Shown here: positions 59,487 through 64,000 of the stretch, piece by piece
How positions within the stretch are numbered: the stretch's first letter is position 1
How the letters are laid out: every line of letters begins with the position of its first letter
Source: Planctomycetota bacterium
GTDB lineage: Bacteria; Planctomycetota; UBA1135; UBA2386
Length of the DNA: 64,000 nt
Direction: 5' to 3'
Assembly: GCA_965223545.1 (NCBI GenBank)
Contig: OZ245006.1
Coordinates: forward strand, 7,296,001 to 7,360,000
Translations under genes and position numbers: made by a program
Notes under the pieces: generated by a model
The model's database searches: none
Seen by the model: only the letters and a program-made list of their open reading frames with translations
What the model was told of the DNA's origin: nothing

Positions 59487-60785
59487 ATGCATGTGCTCCC
59501 GTGGCAGGACTACGACTTCACCCGCCTCGCCACCGGCAGGTTGTTCGCCTACGTGGGTGCGGGCCTGTCGCAAGCGGCGGGGCTCGTGGGTTGGAACGAC
59601 CTCGCCCGCCGCGTCGCGACGTTCCGTCGCGATTACGACGGTGCGGCCGACGACGCGGAGGCACTACCTGACGATGAGGCCGCCAACCAGCGCGTGCTAC
59701 GGGCGTTCGTCGAACAGGTGGGCCACGACGGCCACCCAATCCTCTCGTACCCCTCGACGGACCTGCGGACCTTCGGACGCACGGTTCTTCTCAACCTACT
59801 GCTGCGTCGCCGGTCACCCTCTGGCCGCCGCGCGGCCGAGGAGTTCGATGCCGGCGACCTGGACCTGCACCACTCGCTGTGGCGGGCGCGCGTTCAGGGC
59901 GTCTTCACCACCAACTACGATATGCTGCTTGAGGAGGCATTCCATCTGACGCCGCTCGCGGAGCGCGACGCGGCTTACGGGCGCCGCGCGCTCCGCACCT
60001 ATCGCTACGACGCGCGCTTCCTCCGCTTCGTGCTGAGCACGCCACGGTTCGTGCTGAAGCTGCATGGAGACGTCAACGACCTGGGCACGATGCTGTTCGA
60101 CCCCTCGGCCGCTTGGGCTCCCGGGGGCGCCCTGCACGGTGCCCGCGGCCGCGACCTCTGCCGGGCCCTCGACAGTGCCCGAAACGCTGGACACATTGTC
60201 TATGTCGGCTGTGGCGCCCGTGATCGCACGTTCCGCTCGCTGCACGCGACCCCCGCTCCGACGACGCCGCCATTCGAGCGCGTCGCCCTCGTGCCGCTCT
60301 GTGAGGCGGGACGCTTGACCGACGTGCACGGTTTGCAGGTCCTCACCTATGGTGGCGCCGAACAACCACGAGCGGAGTACGCTCGCGAGCAGCTGCGCGG
60401 TTTCCTCGGAGCGCTGGAACAGGCCACCGAAACAAGGCCGGAGAGCCCCGCGCCGGAAGCGGTGAACATCTGGACCCAGCTCAGCCAGACCACGATGCGG
60501 CGGTGGTCGGTCAGCAACCCGTGGGACCTCCGCGACCTCTCCGTCCGAGCGGACGCCTGGCACCGCGTCGAACCGCCTGAACCTGGCCACTATCTCTGGC
60601 GACGCCGCGATGGCGACCGCAGTCCCTTCCTATCCAAGGTCGCCGCCGTCGAATGCCACGAGAGGTACCTGTGTGCGGTACTCGAGGGCCGCGAGGTGCA
60701 GTGGGACTGGACGACGCAGCGAGGTGCGGACGAACCGCTGCGAGCCTACGAATGGATCGGCCCCCTCGACGCTTCGTGGGGCTGA
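59487..60785 (+). CDS. SIR2-like (SIR2_2) domain protein
   Basis: VGAGLS...W, FTTNYD, LKLHGD, YVGCG. Confidence 0.85.
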   Translation: MHVLPWQDYDFTRLATGRLFAYVGAGLSQAAGLVGWNDLARRVATFRRDYDGAADDAEALPDDEAANQRVLRAFVEQVGHDGHPILSYPSTDLRTFGRTVLLNLLLRRRSPSGRRAAEEFDAGDLDLHHSLWRARVQGVFTTNYDMLLEEAFHLTPLAERDAAYGRRALRTYRYDARFLRFVLSTPRFVLKLHGDVNDLGTMLFDPSAAWAPGGALHGARGRDLCRALDSARNAGHIVYVGCGARDRTFRSLHATPAPTTPPFERVALVPLCEAGRLTDVHGLQVLTYGGAEQPRAEYAREQLRGFLGALEQATETRPESPAPEAVNIWTQLSQTTMRRWSVSNPWDLRDLSVRADAWHRVEPPEPGHYLWRRRDGDRSPFLSKVAAVECHERYLCAVLEGREVQWDWTTQRGADEPLRAYEWIGPLDASWG

Positions 60786-60975
60786 TGCGCCGAGGCCATT
60801 GACGTGGCAAGGATCATCGGATCGCCCCGCCCGCCGAGCCCTCCTGGCGTCACGAGTCCTCGGAGACCGCGACGACCCCGTCTGTGCCCGACCATTCTTC
60901 TGCTGCGCTCAGGCGGCATGGTCCGATTCCCCCGCATGAGGCCGTTGTGCGGTTGGCGACTCGTGGCTCACCGGT

Positions 60976-63627
60976 TCACGGGAGCGCGACTTCCAAAGCG
61001 AGCGTCTCCCCCGCCTTCAGCTCGATGGCGAGCCGTTGCGTCTCGATGTTCGGCCCGCGTACGACGAGGCTGTGCAAACCGGTTGGAAGTAGGCGAAAGC
61101 TGACGCTTTGGCCCTCTCGCTGCCCGGTGTCGACGGTGATGCCCGCTGCGTCGACGACCTGGACTTCGAGGTCCTCGAGCTGTGTGTGGTTTGCCGGCTG
61201 GATGGCCACGACCAGGCGGGCCCCATAGCGCAGGCGTGCATCGGGAACCTGGCGGACTTCGCCGGCGACGAGGGAGAGTTCGCCGAGCTGCGCATCCAGG
61301 AAGCCAGCGAGCGATCCTCTGATCTCGTACCGACCTGCGGGCAGCGGTCCGACTTCGAAGCGACCTCTCGCGTCGGTCTCGGGCGGCGGGACCATCGGAT
61401 ACGGGTGGTTGGCCAACTGCAGGCTGACTTTGGCCGCAGAGTTGCCATCAGGCATGAGCACCCGTCCCGTGATCCTGGCGCTCGGCAGCGCTTCGCGGGG
61501 GACCTCGATGGTCAGCTCCGCCGCGCCGGGAAGCACGTGCTGCACTGTCCGTACTGCCGGCCCGACGAAGCTCGGCGGGTACACCTCGAGGGTGTACTCC
61601 CGAGCTTCGCAGTTGTTGAGGACGAACGCGCCGCCGCGGTCGGCGCGGGCGAAGGCACCGGCTGTGCCTCTCTCCGCGATCACCCAGTTCTCCAGCGGTT
61701 GGCCACGATGGTCCACGAGCTCGCCCTCGATGCGCAGTCCGGCATCGAGCCTGAAGTCGACCTCGTGTGGTCTGCCGCTAGTCAGCAGGATCGTGGGCTC
61801 CATGCTGCCGTGCTGCGGGCTGTGGATCGAGAGAGTCAGCTCTCCCGCGGGCAGGTCGTCGAAGCGATACCGACCGTCGGCGGTTGTCATGGCGACTCCC
61901 GTCTCGGCGTAATTCGCGGGGCGCAACACGTACGCGTCCTGAACGGGCTCTCCGTCTCGATTCGTGATGCGCCCGAAGAGTGCGGCTCCGCTTTGCAGTT
62001 GGACAGAGACGTGGGTCGCACCTCCCGGTGGGCAGACCGCCGTTCCCCGCCACCGGGAGTACCCTCGGGCGTAGACATACAGGGCAGTGGGACCGGACCG
62101 GAGGGACGTCGCCCTGAACTCCCCCTGCGCGTCGGTCGCGACGTGCACCGTCGGTGGGGCGTGGAAGGTGCCGCCACCGGGCAGTACCCGCCGACGCTCC
62201 CGGCTACCCCTGCCGCCGATCGTCACCCATGCGTTGGCGACCGGGTTCCCCCGCGGGTCGGAGACGCGACCGGTCATGGCTGCGGGCAAACCCGGCAGAG
62301 TCAGGCGAAGGATCACGTCGCCGCGCGAGTCGGGCACGAACTCGTCGAGCAGAGCGAAGTCCGAGGTCCCGTGGTTGCGAGTTCGGGCGCCAATCAGGTT
62401 GCCGCGACTCGGCGAGTCGACGCGGAAGCTGCCGTCGCCCGCGGTGACGGTCAGCGGGTAGGCCGACTGCGGCGGACTCAACGACGCGACGCAGAGGATC
62501 TCGGCTCCGGCCACGGGCAGGTCGTCCCGGTCGACGACGATGCCACGGATCGACAACCCGCGGGGGATCGCGAGCTCGACGGTCGTTCGCTCTCCGGCGC
62601 GGGCCTCTACCGCGTCTCCGTCTTGCCGGAAGGTGCGCACGTCGAACCTGCCGGGGTCGAGGGCGTCGAATAGTGCTTTGCCCGCCGCATCGGTTGGAGT
62701 GAGCGTCGCGGGCGCTGCAGGGTACCACGCCCCCGTGCCGGTCGCGCGGAGCCTGGTCACCGACACGCCGACGTGACCGGCTGGCTCTTGCGTTCCTTGC
62801 CAGACCACGCGCACGAGAAGACTGGCCACCTCGACTGCCGGAACCGGAGGGGCGGCCGGCACCAGAATGTGGCGGTCACCGACAGGGCTCGGTACGTCCG
62901 AAACGGGCGCATCTGCCGCAATCGGGTTCGCTGGGGAGCGTCCGGGCTCGGGCGGGATCGCGGCGGTAGGACCACTTCGGTACCAGACTCCGAGCAAACC
63001 AGCGAGCACGAGACCTGTCACGAGCAGGGCTTTGGTCTTCACCTTCATCAGGACGAACCCCCACAACGTCGGAGTGTCGACTTTCCAGAGGGCTGGCGAG
63101 GCGATCGGCGGCAGCCACCCTCGCCTTCCGTCGTACGAGTGGTCCAGCTTGGCCCGCACCAGGGCGAGGCCTCGCTTGAGCCGGGTGCGGACGGTCTCGA
63201 CCGGGACGCCGGTCCGGGCCGCGATTGCCCGACACGAGAGCCCCTTCATGAACCTCGCGAGCAGCGTGGAGCGATAGGGCTCGTGGAGATCCAGCACGGC
63301 CCGACCGGCTTCAAACTGGAGCTCTGCTTCGGCGACGACGTCCCCGGCGGCGCGCGCATGCTGTGCGGCGGGGGCGGCGTCCTCCGCCCGCTGCCGTCGT
63401 GTTTCGCGGCGACAAAAGCCGATGGCGATGTTTCGAGCAACCCGCGCCAACCACGAGCGGCGGGGGACGCCGCGTGGAGGCGGGTTGGAGAGTTCGGCCA
63501 AGACGACCTCTTGACCGAGATCCTCCGCCAGGTCGGCATCTCGGATGAGCGTGCGCGCAAACCCTCGCAGCCACTCCAGATCCAGCAAGGTCGAGTCGAG
63601 CGCCTGGCGGTCGGTGGGGTGGCTCAT
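60976..63627 (-). CDS. ECF sigma factor with transmembrane segment and carboxypeptidase-regulatory-like repeats
   Basis: AEDLGQE, WLARVARN, LHEPYRSTLL...VETVRTRLKRG; TM helix; repeated TDAxGxF beta-sandwich units. Confidence 0.9.
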   Translation of the reverse strand: MSHPTDRQALDSTLLDLEWLRGFARTLIRDADLAEDLGQEVVLAELSNPPPRGVPRRSWLARVARNIAIGFCRRETRRQRAEDAAPAAQHARAAGDVVAEAELQFEAGRAVLDLHEPYRSTLLARFMKGLSCRAIAARTGVPVETVRTRLKRGLALVRAKLDHSYDGRRGWLPPIASPALWKVDTPTLWGFVLMKVKTKALLVTGLVLAGLLGVWYRSGPTAAIPPEPGRSPANPIAADAPVSDVPSPVGDRHILVPAAPPVPAVEVASLLVRVVWQGTQEPAGHVGVSVTRLRATGTGAWYPAAPATLTPTDAAGKALFDALDPGRFDVRTFRQDGDAVEARAGERTTVELAIPRGLSIRGIVVDRDDLPVAGAEILCVASLSPPQSAYPLTVTAGDGSFRVDSPSRGNLIGARTRNHGTSDFALLDEFVPDSRGDVILRLTLPGLPAAMTGRVSDPRGNPVANAWVTIGGRGSRERRRVLPGGGTFHAPPTVHVATDAQGEFRATSLRSGPTALYVYARGYSRWRGTAVCPPGGATHVSVQLQSGAALFGRITNRDGEPVQDAYVLRPANYAETGVAMTTADGRYRFDDLPAGELTLSIHSPQHGSMEPTILLTSGRPHEVDFRLDAGLRIEGELVDHRGQPLENWVIAERGTAGAFARADRGGAFVLNNCEAREYTLEVYPPSFVGPAVRTVQHVLPGAAELTIEVPREALPSARITGRVLMPDGNSAAKVSLQLANHPYPMVPPPETDARGRFEVGPLPAGRYEIRGSLAGFLDAQLGELSLVAGEVRQVPDARLRYGARLVVAIQPANHTQLEDLEVQVVDAAGITVDTGQREGQSVSFRLLPTGLHSLVVRGPNIETQRLAIELKAGETLALEVALP

Positions 63628-64000
63628 GCTTGCGTTGGATCGCCGCGGAGCGGAATCATGGTTCGGAAAATCCGCACTCTGACCGCTCTTTCAAGCTGGT
63701 CGGGCTCGAAAGTCGACACTCGGGTCCGATGGCCTCTGGCGAGGGTGTTTTCGCCGCGGGTCACGCCGACATCGGCGCTGGCTGGGGTGCAAGTGAGGAG
63801 AGTCCGCGAACGACCGTGTAACCGGCCAGAGCGTCACTACGCGGTCGGTCCCCGGCCAGGTTGGCGCATCTTGGTCAGCGCGGGGGGAGGCGGTCAGCAG
63901 GAGCCTCCAGGTCGCGGGTTCCGTGTCGACGGCGCGCTTCACCGCACCAAGGACCTCGGGGACAAGCAGGTGCCCGAGTGCAGCTCTTCGGCCGATTGGC

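Noticed and set aside
63691..63942. 83-aa minus-strand ORF at the window edge
   Set aside because: No recognisable motif; may be the tail of a gene outside the window
22511..64000. attR duplicate of the tRNA 3' end; intact prophage
   Set aside because: No duplicate found by eye; no capsid, terminase or tail genes

Overview
High-GC bacterial window, most consistent with a Planctomycetota genome (inferred from a zinc-ribbon SpoVG, ECF sigma factors with long C-terminal extensions and a recurring C-terminal domain on secreted proteins). 1-22.3 kb is core or ordinary: PfkB kinase, metallophosphoesterase, secreted PKD/LamG and VPS10/BNR proteins, an FHA-GAF adenylate cyclase with a cNMP-binding partner, and a pssA, folK-panC fusion, ispE, spoVG, DUF2520, aroD-aroE, aroK run. 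An initiator tRNA-fMet (22434-22510) marks the start of a decayed integrative island (about 22.5-40.6 kb). The island holds a truncated tyrosine integrase, IS256, IS66 nested in an rve transposase, IS1634 splitting a SpoVG-like gene, a collapsed DUF2924/serine recombinase module, and an intact trypsin protease plus a 1359-aa HigA-nuclease fusion (candidate defence pair). The most striking locus is 43.9-52.6 kb: two tandem secreted proteins built from T-x-C-P heptad repeats, followed by a secreted protein and two paralogous membrane proteins with exosortase-like and DUF4350/GldG-like domains. It lies downstream of an ECF sigma factor and inside a 15.7-kb segment bracketed by a 96-bp inverted repeat. 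The right end carries an IS1-like element, amidohydrolase/TetR, a cutinase-like hydrolase, a SIR2-like protein and a second ECF sigma factor. All family assignments come from motif recognition by eye; no database searches were run.
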